Of a DNA stretch of 64,000 nt, positions 24,701-38,526 are shown piece after piece. The notes under the pieces are model-generated. The model saw only the letters and a list, made by a program, of their open reading frames with translations. It searched no databases and was not told the DNA's origin. Position numbers and translations under genes: made by a program. Positions within the stretch are counted from its first letter, which is position 1, and each line of letters begins with the position of its first letter. The DNA is taken from contig NW_027254464.1 in the NCBI RefSeq assembly GCF_044704955.1, positions 1 through 64,000 of the forward strand, written 5' to 3'. Source of the stretch: Pristiophorus japonicus. Its lineage: Eukaryota.

Positions 24701-25019
24701 TCAGCAGAGAAGGTTACGTGGAAATTTAATAATAGTCTTCAAAATCAGACGAAGTTTCGATAGAGTAAGTAAAGGGGACCTGTTCGACTGGAAAAGGACA
24801 GTAACCAGACAAAACTGATTTAAGAAAATCAGCATTAAAATAGAGCAAAAATCAGGAGCCTTTGTTATGCAGCGAGTTATTGTGACATGCTATGCACTGC
24901 CTGAGAGGGGGGTGGAAGTAGATTTTATGAGTAACCTTCATAAGTAACTTGATATATACTTAAAAAGGAGAGATTTGCAGGGCTAAGCGGAAAGATTGGG
25001 ATTAAATGAACTACCCAGT

Positions 25020-25620
25020 AGTGGGTCAGTACTCACTAAGTTTTCCATCTCCTGACATCCCCTACCATCATTATATTATTACAGACCCTGGTACCCAGTC
25101 CCAACCTGCAGTAGATCAGGTATCAGTACTCACTGACATCCAATTCTCTGCCCCCCCACCATGATATTACGACCGATCCTGCTCCAATCCCACACCGCAG
25201 TGGACCAGGCATCAGTACAAAAAGCAATTCAATTATCTTCCTCTCCACCCCTCCCCCATTTTATTATTACAGACCGGAGTCCAGTCCCAACCTGTAGTAG
25301 ATCAGATATCAGTACACACGGAGAATTCCATCTCCTATCCCCCTACCCACATTATTGTATTACAGATTCTGGTGCCCAGTGCTGCACTGCTGTAGATCAG
25401 GTGTCAGTACACACTAAGATTTCCATCACCTATCCCCTCGCCCATTATAGTATGACAGACTATGGAACTCAAAGCCACACTGCTTTCGATCAGATGACAG
25501 TACACACTAAGATTTGCATCTCCCATCTCCTCCCCTTAGAGTATTACAAACTATGGTATCCTAAGCAACACTGCTGTAGATCAAGTGACAGTACACATTG
25601 AGATTTCCATACCCTCATAT
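25020..25620 (+). repeat. About 80-bp tandem repeat, about 7 units
   Basis: Recurring ctgcagtagatcaggtgtcagtacacactaagatttccatctcc...attacagac; related units at 13870-13980 (minus) and 38760-38910 (plus). Confidence 0.8.
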
Positions 25621-25834
25621 TGACACTGAGCTTTTTCCATGTTATCAACACGAACTGCAAACAAACATTGATTCACCATGGCAATCCATCCATCTGTATT
25701 CAAAGTAGGTCATTAGTCTCTTCAAATATTTCTTACAATTGCTATTTGGCATCTCCAAAGTAATATCGATCCAGCTCTCTCTGCTTCACTCCACATATCA
25801 CTCTATCTGTCTATTTATCCACCCAGGCCTATCT

Positions 25835-28800
25835 ACATAGAAACATAGAAAGTCCGTACAGGAGTAGGCCATTCAGTCCTTCGAGCCTGCACCACCATTC
25901 AATAAGATCATGGCTGATCATTCCCTCAGTACCCCTTGCCTGCTTTCTCTCCATATCCCTTGACCCCTTTAGCCGTAAGGGCCATATCTAACTCCCTCTT
26001 GAATATATCCAATTAACTGGCATCAACAACTCTCTGCCGCAGGGAATTCCACAGGTTAACAACTCTCTGAGTGAAGAAGTTTCTCCTCATCTCAGTCCTA
26101 AATGGCCTACCCTTATCCTAAGACAGTGTCCCCTGGTTCTGGACTTCCCCAGCATCGGGAACATTCTTCCCGCATCTAACCTGTCCAGTCCCCATCAGAA
26201 TCTTATAAGTTTCTATGAGATCCCCTCTCATCCTTCTAAACTCCAGTGTATAAAGGCCCAGTTGATCCTGTCTCTCCTCATATGTCAGTCCAGCCATCCC
26301 TGGAATCAGTCTGGTGAACCTTCGCTGCACTCCCTCAATAGCAAGAACGTCCTTCCTCAGATTAGGAGACCAAATCTGAACACAATATTCCAGGTGAGGC
26401 CTCACCAAGGTCCTGTACAACTGCAGTAAGACCTCCCTGCTCCTATACTCAAATCTCCTAGCTATGAAGGCCAACATGCCATTTGTCTTCTTCACCGCCT
26501 GCTGTACCTGCATGCCAACTTTCAATGACTGATGAACGATGACACCCAAGCCTCGTTGCACCTCCCCTTTTCCTAATCTTCCAAAATTCAGATAATATTC
26601 TGCCTTCGAGTTTTTGCCAAAGGGGATAACGTCACATTTATCCACATTATACTGCATCTGACATGCATTTGCCCACTCACCTAACCTGTCCAAATCACCC
26701 TGCAACCTCTTAGCGTCCTCCTCACAGCTCACACCGCCACCAGTTTAATGTCATCTGCAAACTTGGAGATATTACACTCAATTCCGTCATCCAAATCATT
26801 AATGTATATTGTAAAGAGCTGGGGTCCCAGCACTGAGCCCTGCGGCACTCCACTGGTCACTGTCTCCCATTCCGAAAAGGACCCATTTATCCCGACTCTC
26901 TGCTTCCTGTCTGCCAACCAATTCTCTATCCACGCCAGTACATTACCCCCAATACCATGTGGTTTGATTTTGCACAGCAATTTCTTATGTGGGACCTGGT
27001 CAAAGGCCTTTTGAAAATCCAAATACACCACATCCACTGGTTCTCCCTTGTCCACTCTACTAGTTACATTCTCAAAAAATTCCAGAAGATTTGTCAAGCA
27101 TGATTTCCCTTTCATAAATCCATGCTGACTTGGACCGATGCTGTCACTGCTTTCCAAATGCACTGCTATTTCATCCTTAATAATTGATTCCAACATTTTC
27201 CCCACTACTGATGTCAGGCTAACCGGTCTATAATTACCAGTTTTCTCTCCCCGCCTCTTTTTGAAAAGTGCTGTTACATTATCTACCCTCCAGTCCATAG
27301 GAACTGATCCAGAGTCGGTAGACTTGGAAAATCATCACCAATGCATCCACTATTTCTAGGGCCATTTCCTTAAGTAGTCTGGGATGCAGACAATCAGGCC
27401 CCGGGGATATATCAGCCTTCAATCCCATCAATTTCCCCAACACAATTTCCCGCCTAATAAGGATATCGTTCCTTCTCAATAGACCCTCGGTCCCCTAGTG
27501 CATCCGTAAGGTTATTTGTGTCTTCCTTCGTGAAGACAGAACCAAAGTATTTGTACAATTGGTCTGCCATTTCTTTGTTCCCCATTATTAATTCACCTGC
27601 GTCCGACTGCAAGGGACCTACGTTTGTCTTCACTAATCTTTTTCTCTTCACATATCTATAGAAGCTTTTGTAGTCAGTTTTTTATGTTCCCGGCAAGCTT
27701 CCTCCCGTACTTTGTTTTCCCCCTCCTAATTAAACCCTTTGTCCTCCTCTGCTGATTCTAAATTTCTCCCAGTCCTCAGGTTTGCTGCTTGTTCTGGCCA
27801 ATTTATATGCCTCTTCCTTGGCTCTAACACCATCCTTAATTTCCCTTGTTAGCCACGGTTGAGCCACCTTCCCTGTTTTATTTTTACTCCAGACAGGGAT
27901 GTACAATTGTTGAAGTTCATGCATGTGATCTATAAATGTTTGCCATTGCCTATCCACCGTCAACCCTTTAAGTATCATTTGCCAGTCTATTCTAGCCAAT
28001 TCACGCTTCATACCGTCGACGCTAGCTTTCCTTAAGTTCAGGACCCTAGTTTCTGAATTAACTGTGTCACTCTCCATCTTAATAAAGAATTCTACCATAT
28101 AATGGTCACTTTTCCCCAAGGGGCTCGCACAACAAGATTGCTAATTAGTCCCTTCTCATTACACATCACACAGTCTAGGCGGGCCAGCTCTCTAGTTGGT
28201 TCCTCGACATATTGGTCAAGAAAACCATCCCTAATATGCTCCAGGAAATCTTCCTCCACCACATTGCTACCAGTTTGGTTAGCCCAATCTATGTGTAAAT
28301 TAAAGTCGCCCATGATAACTGCTGTAGCTTTATTGCACACATCCCTTACTTCTTGTTTGATGCTGTCCCCAACCTCACCACTACTGTCTGGTGGCCTGTA
28401 CGCATCTCCCGCCAGCGTTTTCTGCCCTTTGGTATTCCGTAGCTCCACCCATACTGATTCCACATCATCCAAGCCAATCTCCTTCCTTACTATTGCATTA
28501 ATTTCCTCTTTAACCAGCAACGCCACCCCGACTCTTTTTCCTTTGTGTCTATCCTTCCTAAATGTTGAATACCCCTGGATGTTGAGTTCCCAGCCTTGGT
28601 CACCCTGGAGACATGTCTCCTTGATGTCAATTACATCATATCCATTAACTGATATCTGCGCAGTTAATTCGTCCACCTTAGTCCGAATACTCCTCGCAGT
28701 GAGGCACAGAGCCTTCAGGCTTGTCTTTTTAACATACTTTGCCCCTTTAGAATTTTGTTGTAATGTGGCCCTTTTTGTTTTTTGCCTTGGGTTTCTCTTC

Positions 28801-28950
28801 CCTCCACTTTTACTTTTCTCCTTTCTATCTTTTGCCTTAGTCTCCCTTTTATTTCCCTCTGTCTCCCTGCATAGGTACCCATCCCCCTGCCATATTAGTT
28901 TAACGCCTCCCCAACAGCACTAGCAAGCACTCCCCCTAGGACATTGGTTT
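25835..28950 (-). mobile_element. CR1/HER1-like LINE with near-complete but frameshifted ORF2 (APE endonuclease plus RT)
   Basis: DELTAQISVNGYDVI..ET, YRPP, GDFNLHIDW, SDH, QHGF, KFADD and the 3' tail across ORFs from 28092-28676 to 26118-26732. Confidence 0.95.
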
Positions 28951-29459
28951 TATCAACCTGAAAGGCTTAATATTAAACATAAAGACATCATTGGTTTGGT
29001 GTAATTACTCCATTCATTCAAAATACTAAACTCTGATTTTCGATCGTCAAAGAAACAGTTATAAAACAGACGAGGTGACGAGATGTCCCATTAAACTGAA
29101 TAATATTTCCTTCAGCATGTAACTCTTGCAGACTCGCGTGTTATTGTGTCTCTGACTCTCAGTTTCTTCATCCACTAACCACTCCAGTCCAGTAATTGGA
29201 AGAAACACGATATGACCTTCCTTAGGATGGTGTCAGGTACAATTGGTAGGGAGCACTGCAATTGTCAACTCCCTCTAAAATCCCACCATTCAAGGACTGA
29301 ATATCTACCTCATACCTGGGGAGCATCTTCAAAACCCTCCCTCCCAACCCGGCATGGGATACACGAAAAACCTTGTTGATCTATAATTAGTCGCTCATCT
29401 CTAAGCTCCAGCATCAATATATTTCCACCTTGCTTTCTTGGTAATGTTTTCTCTGTGGC

Positions 29460-29880
29460 CTGGTGTCAGTTTTTCTTAGTTGCATTGATTCTCCACTCTG
29501 AGCAAGAGGTCACGGTTTCAATTATCACTCAAGTCTTGAACCAATAATCTGGGCCAGGAATAAGGGAATGTTGCACTGTCGGAAGTGCCTCCCGTCTGGA
29601 TAGGACATTAAACCTCGGGCCCTGTTTGCCTGTTCAACTAGATGTGAAATATCCCATAGCCATGATTAGAAGAAGAGCAAGGGGAAGGTCTACCCAGTGT
29701 CCTGAATCGAACATTCTTCCCGCAACCAACAAATCTATCGCATTGACTGTTCAAGGCATCTTGCTTATTGCAAATGGAGGGTGCGTTTGACCAGTTAACA
29801 GCAGTGACTCCACTTTGATAAGCCATTCATTGTTTGTAAAGCATTTGTTGCAATCTGAAGGGTTGGAAGTTATTCCTTTG
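29460..29880 (+). mobile_element. Decayed Deu-domain SINE
   Basis: gcactgtcggaagtgcc...acattaaacc...atcccatagcc...gaagaagagca core. Confidence 0.65.
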
Positions 29881-30119
29881 TCAGAATAAGCAACTGATTT
29901 GCTCCATTGAATCAACGATTCTTCTCGCCACCCACAGGGTTTTGAAACCCCTCTAGGCAGCATCTAACTAATTGCTGTTGAGTTATCTGGTCTTCTTTTC
30001 AAACCGAAGTGCAGTCCTGCACACCTGCCCTCATTGAGATTTCGCAATAAAATGATGCATGGATTTTTCCGGGCTGATGATGGTGTATGAGCAGCCTGCG
30101 CTCCAGTATGTCCTCAGAA

Positions 30120-30555
30120 TGGCCCTGCCATTACGGATGTGGAAATAGGCGGTCTTAGTTATGCTGTGGATATGTGGTCCAAACTCATTTCATGGTCACC
30201 TATGACACCAAGGTTATGAACAGTGTGGTTCAGCCTCAGATAGATGTTGGGAGAGGGATGGAGTCAGTGGCGAGGGAATGGAGTTTGTCACGTGGACTGA
30301 AAACAATGGCTTCTGTCCCGCCAATATTTAATTGAAGAAAATCTCTGCTCATCCAGAGCTGGATGTCGGACAAAAATACTGACAAATTAGAGACCATGGA
30401 GGGATCGAGGGAAGAAGTAGTGAGGTAGAGCTGGGTGTCATCATTGTATATGTCGAAACTGATGCTGTGTTTTTGGATGTTGTCGCCAAGGGCCAACATG
30501 TCAATGAGAAATAGGGAGTGGCAACGATAAACCCTTGGGGGAAACCAGAGGTTAC
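30120..30555 (-). mobile_element. L2 LINE RT fragment
   Basis: SGFPQGF, YNDDTQLYL, WMSRDFLQLNIGGTEAIVF. Confidence 0.85.
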
Positions 30556-31571
30556 GATTTTAATTTCTATCTCCACATTTATAATGGGAACTACCTGTGT
30601 ACATGTGTCATGCTGTGATTGCATCCTACCGCCAGCGATGGCGCTGCAGCGCCTCAGTTTTGTATCTCCAAACTTTCCCACCTCTATATCAAAATATCTC
30701 CCATGTTGGATCCAAATCCACTTCCGCGCTCCCCAAAATACCACAAATCTTTCTATTTAATTGTAAATAATAATAAAGAAAACCAAAACATTACATTGAA
30801 ACGAAGGCAGAATGTATGATATTAAAATGGGGAGTGAATTATTTCTGTACGCCCCGGTCTAATTCTCCCCCAGCAATCCAACCACCTTCCAGCTGAACAC
30901 GTCACTTGGTTTTTGTTCTCTATGTGAAACGCCAGGTGACGTCGAATAATAATCATCTAAAGCAATGACAATACGTGTAACAGGCAGTAAAATATATTCC
31001 AGTTTGCACTGCGAGTTTATTCATGTCCTACACATCCTGAGTCCCATAAAAGAGTCCCTACCAACCCAGTGTCGTGTAGTATACAGGAGGGCGCACTCTG
31101 AGTAGGTTCCAAGAGTGGAAAACCATCTGCGGCAGGTATGACTGTACATTCATTCGGAGTGGCAGTCGTAAAGCATCCTCACCGTCCCTTCTAGCCCAGT
31201 TGAATTGAGACCAGTTGCCACACTCTTCCTATCTCTCCAATTGTACGAAGCCATATCACAACAAGCCAAAATGAGTCCTTTGACACTATTGATTTTAGTA
31301 ACCTAATTCCAGAAATAAACTCTAAATGTATGCCAGAGTATGCCAGAGCTTTCATCCCATGGCCCAGTCTTGAGATACATTAATATTCAGATAATGCAGG
31401 TATATTTTCATCAATACCATGATTCTCTACTTTTCCTTAGCACACCTCACTTCTTTCCTATGCCAGGGGTCCAACATGCCAGGTTGGTGGTTGCTTACCA
31501 GGAATAATGAGCATCAAAACAATATGGGAATAACACCAGCCGTGAGACACAAAAAGGTTCAGAGATATAAA

Positions 31572-32307
31572 GATAATGACCCAGATATTCCGGGGCCTGT
31601 GACTACACACATGGTGTGCATCGCAAGTTCCAGTCTTCCACATGTGATGCAAATGCATGAAATCCGGAAATTGCAATCTGTCAAGATTTTGCTTGATAGA
31701 TCGACTGCATCCCTGGGAAATGGACATTCGCTGGAGCAGAGTGGGCTATTTGCCCAGCAAATGCCCATGAAACTCTTACACCTGGTTAAAGCAGGCACAG
31801 GGCTTTATTTTAACAGTGTAAGGTTTTAATTAATAATTAACAAAAAATATTATTTAAATAGAATTAAGAAAAAAATAGTTATAGGTTATTTTTAACCCCT
31901 TGAAAACGTTTAAATATAGTTTTCCGAAAGTTAACATTTTGTTTAAATGTTTAGTTTAATTGCATTTTGACTAACTTTGAATAATGATAAACTTTCATCA
32001 TAATTTATTTTTATTTAACTGGTGAACAGTTACGTTTTCGGGAGATTACTATTCATGCTAATAGGGAGTCCATACGTAAATGGTATCCACATGAGCATAA
32101 TGGGGATTTCCCTTTTGATTGGTATCGCTGGTCCACATGATCCCAGAAGCACTTGTGAACCACGTGCACCACTGAGATACATGGGCCTTTTCGCATGCAT
32201 ACCTGTAGAGGCCCAGGAGTGCAAGTGCTCGAAATTCCTGGACCATCAAGTAGTTTCTTGAGGCTTTTGACTGTGTGAAGCATCCAACCGCAATTACAAG
32301 CTCATAA
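31572..32307. mobile_element. Possible non-autonomous DNA transposon (MITE-like)
   Basis: Weak terminal inverted similarity (taatgacccagatattccgg versus reverse-complemented end ttatgagcttgtaattgcgg) around an AT-rich core. Confidence 0.3.
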
Positions 32308-32309
32308 TG

Positions 32310-32595
32310 TTAGATAGAGACAGATAGAAAGAGTGATGGAGACGGATAGATGGAGAGATAGGCAGAAGTAGATAGCAAAATATAAATAGAGAGATAGATA
32401 GAGAGATAGGTACATGTCTGGGGATACATAAATATGTAGGCAATGATAGAAAGATTGTGAGATAGACAGATAGATCGATGCATCAACAAACATAGATAAG
32501 AAGAAGGAAAGTGACTGATAGTTGGATAGAGATACACATATGATCAAAGGATAGTTGTATTGATAGGCAGAAAGATATATGAACAGATAATAATA
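32310..32595 (+). repeat. Degenerate (GATA)n-type microsatellite
   Basis: Directly visible gata/gaca/gaga runs. Confidence 0.85.
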
Positions 32596-33149
32596 ATAAC
32601 TTTTATTTATATAGCGCCTTTAACATAGTAAAACATCCCAAGGCTCCACAACAATTTTACAACACATTAGATATTGACCATTGAGGGAAAGAGAGAAAAA
32701 GCGTGAGAAGGAAGTGTAAAACGTAATGAAAGGCTCGCACCCTAAGCAGCAGCCAAAATGTGCATGCAGATAGACAGAGGCGAAAAAAACTTTAAAAAAA
32801 GAAATTAAAATTGCATATTAAATAATACAATAAGGAATATACAATAATAAAATCAGTATAGTAAAGATTAATTATAAGTAAACAAATGATAACAAGGACA
32901 TGAGTAATTAGCATTGATAGATAAATTTAAACATTCGTTCTAGATAGACACACATGCTACATTCGGAGTGATTGCACTTAAGGCAAATTCAATCTGCTTT
33001 CATTTATAGTGTTTGCTGAGCCGCAACTATTGGCACAAACAGTGTTGCTCCTGATGCACCTGTCTTCAACACATTCTCTTCGAACTTAATGTGGAAAAGC
33101 AGATTGTGAGTTCTTTCACTCTACCCTAGACCCTGTTGACGTGAGGATG

Positions 33150-34105
33150 TTATACAGTGTAGCAGCGCGGTCTCCATTCAAAGTTTTTGCACCTGAAAAT
33201 ATACAGCAAGGGATTGAGGAAGCTAGTGAAGGAAGTGGGGATCCAGGTGTAAAATTTAACATTGTCCCTGTAAAAAAACTGAGAATCGATCCGATGGATC
33301 TAGCAAATCCTTAATCTCAAAATACAGTTCAGGGAAGTAATAAGGGGGAAAGGAGAAAAGGAGAAGAGCCAAAATTACCCCAATGGTCTTCAGCACTTTC
33401 TTCTTCATTCTCCAAAGATTACTTCCCAGCTTCCACTACTATAATTATTTTTGTGGTTAGGGTACAGCAGATCAACAACATCAGGATTGGAATAGCAAAT
33501 AATATAACTTCAGAAAATAGCATGAAGATTTGCCATTGGTTCCACGATAATTGGATATACTTGCATGAAACCTTATTAGTTATTTCAGTTCTCGTTATGA
33601 AAAAGGCCACCAGGCTCAGGGCTAACACTGCCAGCCAAGTTGCATTGAATAGAACAACGTAGTATCGGGGCCTTCTCTAGGCATGAGGCCTAATGCATGG
33701 ACAACAGCAACGTATTGGTCAATAGCAATGCAGGTCATGAAGGATGGTTTGTCGGAAATGTTGATTAGAATCAAGAGGACACTCCACTAATCTACTTCCT
33801 AGCATAAATTGAATAAGGGAAAGTATAGAGGCCACGATAATCAAGAAGTTGGTTATCATTAAATCCAGCAGGAGGACCTCACTTGCTTATGAGACCTTCC
33901 TCATTCGTATGATGTGCCACAGTGCAATTGAGTTTTCGGTACTGTCCAATACAACAACTAAGCTAAGGAAACAGGGAAGGACGATTATTTTGATCTGGGC
34001 CACTGCATCATATGCGTTGTCCATCGAGGCCCCAGTTTGATTGGATGAGTTGATCTCTTACCAGGATCTGGTGACTGTTGCATTCCAGCTCACAAAAGTA
34101 GCCAT
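33150..34105 (-). pseudogene. Pseudogene paralogue of the 17239-18207 GPCR
   Basis: Starts MATFVSWNATVTRSW*; retains NSIALWHIIRMRK, LLDLMITNFL, PSFMTCIAIDQYVAVVH, FAIPILMLLIC, MKKKVLKTI and LNPLLYIFRCKNFEWRPRCYTV*; several stops and frameshifts; upstream splice acceptor deleted. Confidence 0.93.
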
Positions 34106-34417
34106 GGCAAATAATAAAGAGCAACCAATGAAAATATGGGGGAAATGAGAAGTTATATTCTCCACAAACTGTTGAAATTGTCCTGTAAGTTTATTGCTTG
34201 TTGAAGTTCTCAGTTGGGTCTCCAACACATTAATCCTATCACATTAATTCAGACTGGGTGAAGTTCCTCTCTGAAACCTTTGGAAACCAGTAGATACGCG
34301 AGATCCATGACATGCCTGGTTCTAGAATTTCATAGATCAAGGAGGAAACTGAATCCAGTAATTAGACGGATATGATTAAAGTTACTGAAAATGATGTCGT
34401 TCTATATGTGAGAAAGC

Positions 34418-36882
34418 GAGATATCTGTACACTGCCTAGTGTCACAGCCCCTCTGCTTCCTGATCTAATCTCTATATTGACAGATGTCGCGCTGCTCCCT
34501 CTCTCGCAGGAATATATATTTATGCTGATTGGTGTATCTCTGTCCCCGCTCCCTCAACAAATATCTGTACACTGATTGGCATCTCTCAGTACCCTTACCT
34601 TCAGGGAGATATTCGTACACTGACTGGTGTCTTTCAGTCCTCATTCATTCAAGAAATATCTGTACACTGACGGGCATTTCTCAGTCTCCTTTCCTTCAGG
34701 CAGATATCCATACACTGACTGGTGGCTCTCAGTCCCCACTGATGGATCAAGAGATATTTGTATGCAGTCTGGTATTTCCTAGTCTCTCTCCCTCAGGTAA
34801 AAATCTGTACACTGTCTGCTTCAGATCCTCTCCCTCCACTAGATATCTGAATATTGACAGATGTCTCGCTGCTCTCCCACTCGCAGGAAGATCTATTTAC
34901 ATTTACTGGTGTCTCAGTCTCCTGCCCCTCAAGAGAAATATTTACATTGGCTGGTGTCTATTAGTTCCCGCTCCCTCAGGAAGATATCTGTGCAAGCACT
35001 GGTGTCTAACAGTGCCCGCTGCATCAGGAAGACATCTGTACACAGACTGGTGTCTCTCAGTCCCCGTATCCTCGCGAAGCTATTTGTACACTGACTGATG
35101 TCTCTCAGTCTCCTGTCCCTCAGGGAGGTATCGGTACACTGACTGATGTCTCTCAGTCTCCTGTCCCTCAAGGAGGAATCGGTACACTGACTGGTGTTTG
35201 TCAGTCTCCTGTCCCTCAGGGAGGTATCGATAGACTGACAGGTGTTTGTCAATCTCCTGTACCTCGGGAGATATCTGTACACTGACTGGTGTCTGTCAGT
35301 CTCCTGTCCCTCATGGGGGTATCTGTACACTGACTGGTGTCTCTCAGTCTCCTGTCCCTCATGGAGGTGTCTGTACACTGACTGGTGTCTCTCAGTCTCC
35401 TGCCCCTCATGGAGATATTTCTACACTGACTGGTGTCTCGCAGTCTCCTGTCCCTCAGGGTGATATCGATACACTGACTGGTGTCTGTCCATATCCCTCC
35501 CTCGGGGAAATACCTGTACAGCGACTGTTGTTTCTCAGTGCCCGCTCCCTCAGGGAGTTATCGGTACACTAACTGGTGTCTCTCAGTCTCCTGTCCCTCA
35601 GGAGATATCTGTACACTGACTGGTGTCTCTCAGTCTCCTGTCCCTCAGGGAGGTATCTGTACACTGACTGGTGTCTCTCCGTCTCCTCTCCCTCATGGAG
35701 GTATCTGTACACTGACTGGTGTCTCGCAGTCTCTCTCCCTCAGGAAAATATCTGAACACTTTAATTTGGTACCTTTCAGTCCCCGCTACCTCAGAGGGGT
35801 ATCTGTACACTGACTGGTGTCACTCAGTCCCCACTCCATCAAAATATATCTGTACTTGGTTGGCCTCTACAAGTCCCCTATCCCTTCGGGAGATATCTGT
35901 ATACTGGCAGTTTCTCTCATTCGCTCTCCCTCATGGAGATATCAATACATTGACTGGTTTCTCTGATTCCCCTCTGTGTTAAGGAGATATGTGGACACTA
36001 GTTGTTGTCTCTCAGTAGCTCTGCCTAATGGAGATATCCGTATCTTGATTGGTGTACACTGTACTCTGACTGATGTCTCTCAATCTCCTGTCCCTCAGGT
36101 GATATAACTGTAACCTGACTGGTGTCTCTGACTCTCTTTCGCTCAGGGAAGTGTCTATAGACTGGCTGGTGTGTCTCAGTCCCTGCTACTTCAGGGAAAT
36201 GCATGTCTACATGAAGGTATCTCTCAGTCCCCGCTCCCTCAAGAATACCTGTACACTGGCTGGCATCTCTCAGTCCCTGATTCCTGAGGGAGATATCTGT
36301 ACACTGGCTCGTGTCTCTCAGTCCATCCCTCTTCCTAATGGAGATATCTGTACATTGACTGGTGTTCGTCAGTCTCTCTCCATCAGGGATATATCTGTAC
36401 AATGACTGGTGTATTTTCGTTTCTCTATGTCAGTGAGCTATCTGTGTACTGATTGGTTTCTCTCAATCCCCTTCCCTCAGGGAGATATATGTACACTGGC
36501 TCGTGTCTCTCAGTCCCATTCCATCAGAGAGATATCTGTACACTGTATATTGATTGGTGTCTCTCAATCTCTCTCCATCAGGGACATATCTATAAACTAA
36601 CTGGTGTCTTTAATTTGGTTATTCGTTAGTGAGATATCTGTGCACTGGCTGCTATATATAAGTCCTCCTCCTTCTGGGAGATATCTGTACACTGACTGGT
36701 GTCTGTCAATTCTCTTCCCTCAGGGAGATATCTGTACACTGACTGGTGTCTCTCAGCCCCTCTCCATCAGGGAGATATCTGTACATTGATTAGTATCTCT
36801 CAGTCCCTCTCCACCAGGAAGATATCTTTACATTGATTGGTGTCTCTCACTCTCTCTCTATCAGGGGGATATCTGTACATTG
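34418..36882 (+). repeat. About 48-bp minisatellite (GGAGATATCTGTACACTGACTGGTGTCTCTCAGTCTCCTGTCCCTCAG)n, about 50 units
   Basis: Directly visible; 16-aa periodicity in the spurious ORFs; most homogeneous at about 35080-35720. Confidence 0.95.
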
Positions 36883-38225
36883 GGAAGCCAGAGGATTGGG
36901 AAAATTTTAAAAGCCAGCATAGAACGACTAAAATATGAATAAACAGAAGGAAGATAGATTATGAAATTAAACTAGCACGAAATATAAAAATATATATTAA
37001 GAGTTTCTACAGGTACATAAACAAGAAAAGATTGTCTAAAGTAAATGTTGGTCCCCTAGAGGATGAGACTGGCGAATTAATAATGGGGAACAGGGAAATG
37101 GCAGAGACTTAGGACAACAATGTTGTATCGGTCTTCATGGTAGAAGTCACTAAAAACATCCCAATAGGGGGTAATCAAGGGGCTATAGGGAGGGTGGAAC
37201 TTAATACAATCACTCTCACTAAAGAAGTAGTACTGGATAAAATAATGGGACTAAAGGCGGAAAAATTCCCTAGACTTGATTGCTTACATCCCAGGGTCCT
37301 AAAAGAAGTGGCTGCAGAGATAGTGGATGCATTGGTTTTAATCTACCAAAATTCCCTGGATTCTAGGGATGTCCCAGCAGATTGGAAAACCGCAAATGTA
37401 ACGTCCCTATTTAAAAAAGGATGCAGACACAAAGCACGAAACTATAGACTGGTTAGCCTAACAGCTATCGTTGGGAAAATGCTGGAGTCCATTCTTAAGG
37501 AAGCAGTAGCAGGACATTTGGAAAAACATAATTCAATCAAGCAGAGTCAGTATGGTTTTATGAAAGAGGAATCATGTTTGATAAATTTGCTGGAGATCTT
37601 TGAGGATGTAACGAGCAGGGTGGATAAGGGGAACCAGTGGATGTGGTGTATCTGGATTTCCAGAATGCATTCAATAAGGTGCCACATAAAAGGTTACTGC
37701 ACAAGATAAAATTTCACGGGTTCGGGGTAATATATTAGCATGGATTGACGATTGGCTAACTAATAGAAAACAGAGAGTCGGGATGAATGGGTCATTTTCT
37801 GGTTGGCAAACAGTAACTAGTGGGGTGCCGCAGGGATCGGTGCTTGGGTCTCAACTATTTACAATCTATATTAATGATTTGGATGAATGGACTGAGTGTA
37901 ATTTGGTCAAGTTTGCTGATGATACAAAGATGGGTGGGAAAGTAAATTGTGAGGAGGATATAAAAAATCTGCAAAGGGATATAGACAGAGTGAGCACAAA
38001 TTTGGCAAATGGATTATAATGTAGGAAAATGTGAGGTTATCAACTTTGGCAGAAAAAATAGAAAGGCAAATAATAATTCAAATGGAGAAAAATTGCAAAA
38101 TGCTTCAGTGCAGAGGGACCTGGGGGTCCTTGTGCATGAAACACAAAAAGTTAGTGTGCAGGTACAGCAAGTAATCAGGAAGGCAAATAGAATGTTGTGC
38201 TTTATTGCAAGGGGGATAGAGTATA
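36883..38225 (+). mobile_element. CR1 LINE internal fragment (linker plus RT)
   Basis: ORFs 37137-37709, 37783-38019 (KFADDTK) and 38009-38314; unoccupied TCCTTGTGCATGAA at 38127-38140. Confidence 0.92.
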
Positions 38226-38327
38226 AACATAGAAACATACAAAATACAGTGCTCTTAAAACCATCTCTTAAAAGGGAAGAGGGTTTCTGCATACGCCACT
38301 CTTCCAGGCAGTAATTTCCAGATTCCC

Positions 38328-38526
38328 NNNNNNNNNNNNNNNNNNNNNNNNNNNNNNNNNNNNNNNNNNNNNNNNNNNNNNNNNNNNNNNNNNNNNNNNN
38401 NNNNNNNNNNNNNNNNNNNNNNNNNNNNNNNNNNNNNNNNNNNNNNNNNNNNNNNNNNNNNNNNNNNNNNNNNNNNNNNNNNNNNNNNNNNNNNNNNNNN
38501 NNNNNNNNNNNNNNNNNNNNNNNNNN
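38328..38526. other. Assembly gap
   Basis: Run of N. Confidence 1.

Noticed and set aside
30908-30950. Perfect RSS nonamer GGTTTTTGT
   Set aside because: No heptamer at 12 or 22/23 bp (the nearest CAC-type word is at 15 bp), so it is not called a functional RSS.
34418-36882. Array of RSS heptamers, CRISPR-like repeats, or a coding repeat protein
   Set aside because: CACTGAC is not a consensus heptamer and has no nonamer at 12/23 bp; there are no unique spacers; the ORFs are repeat translations.
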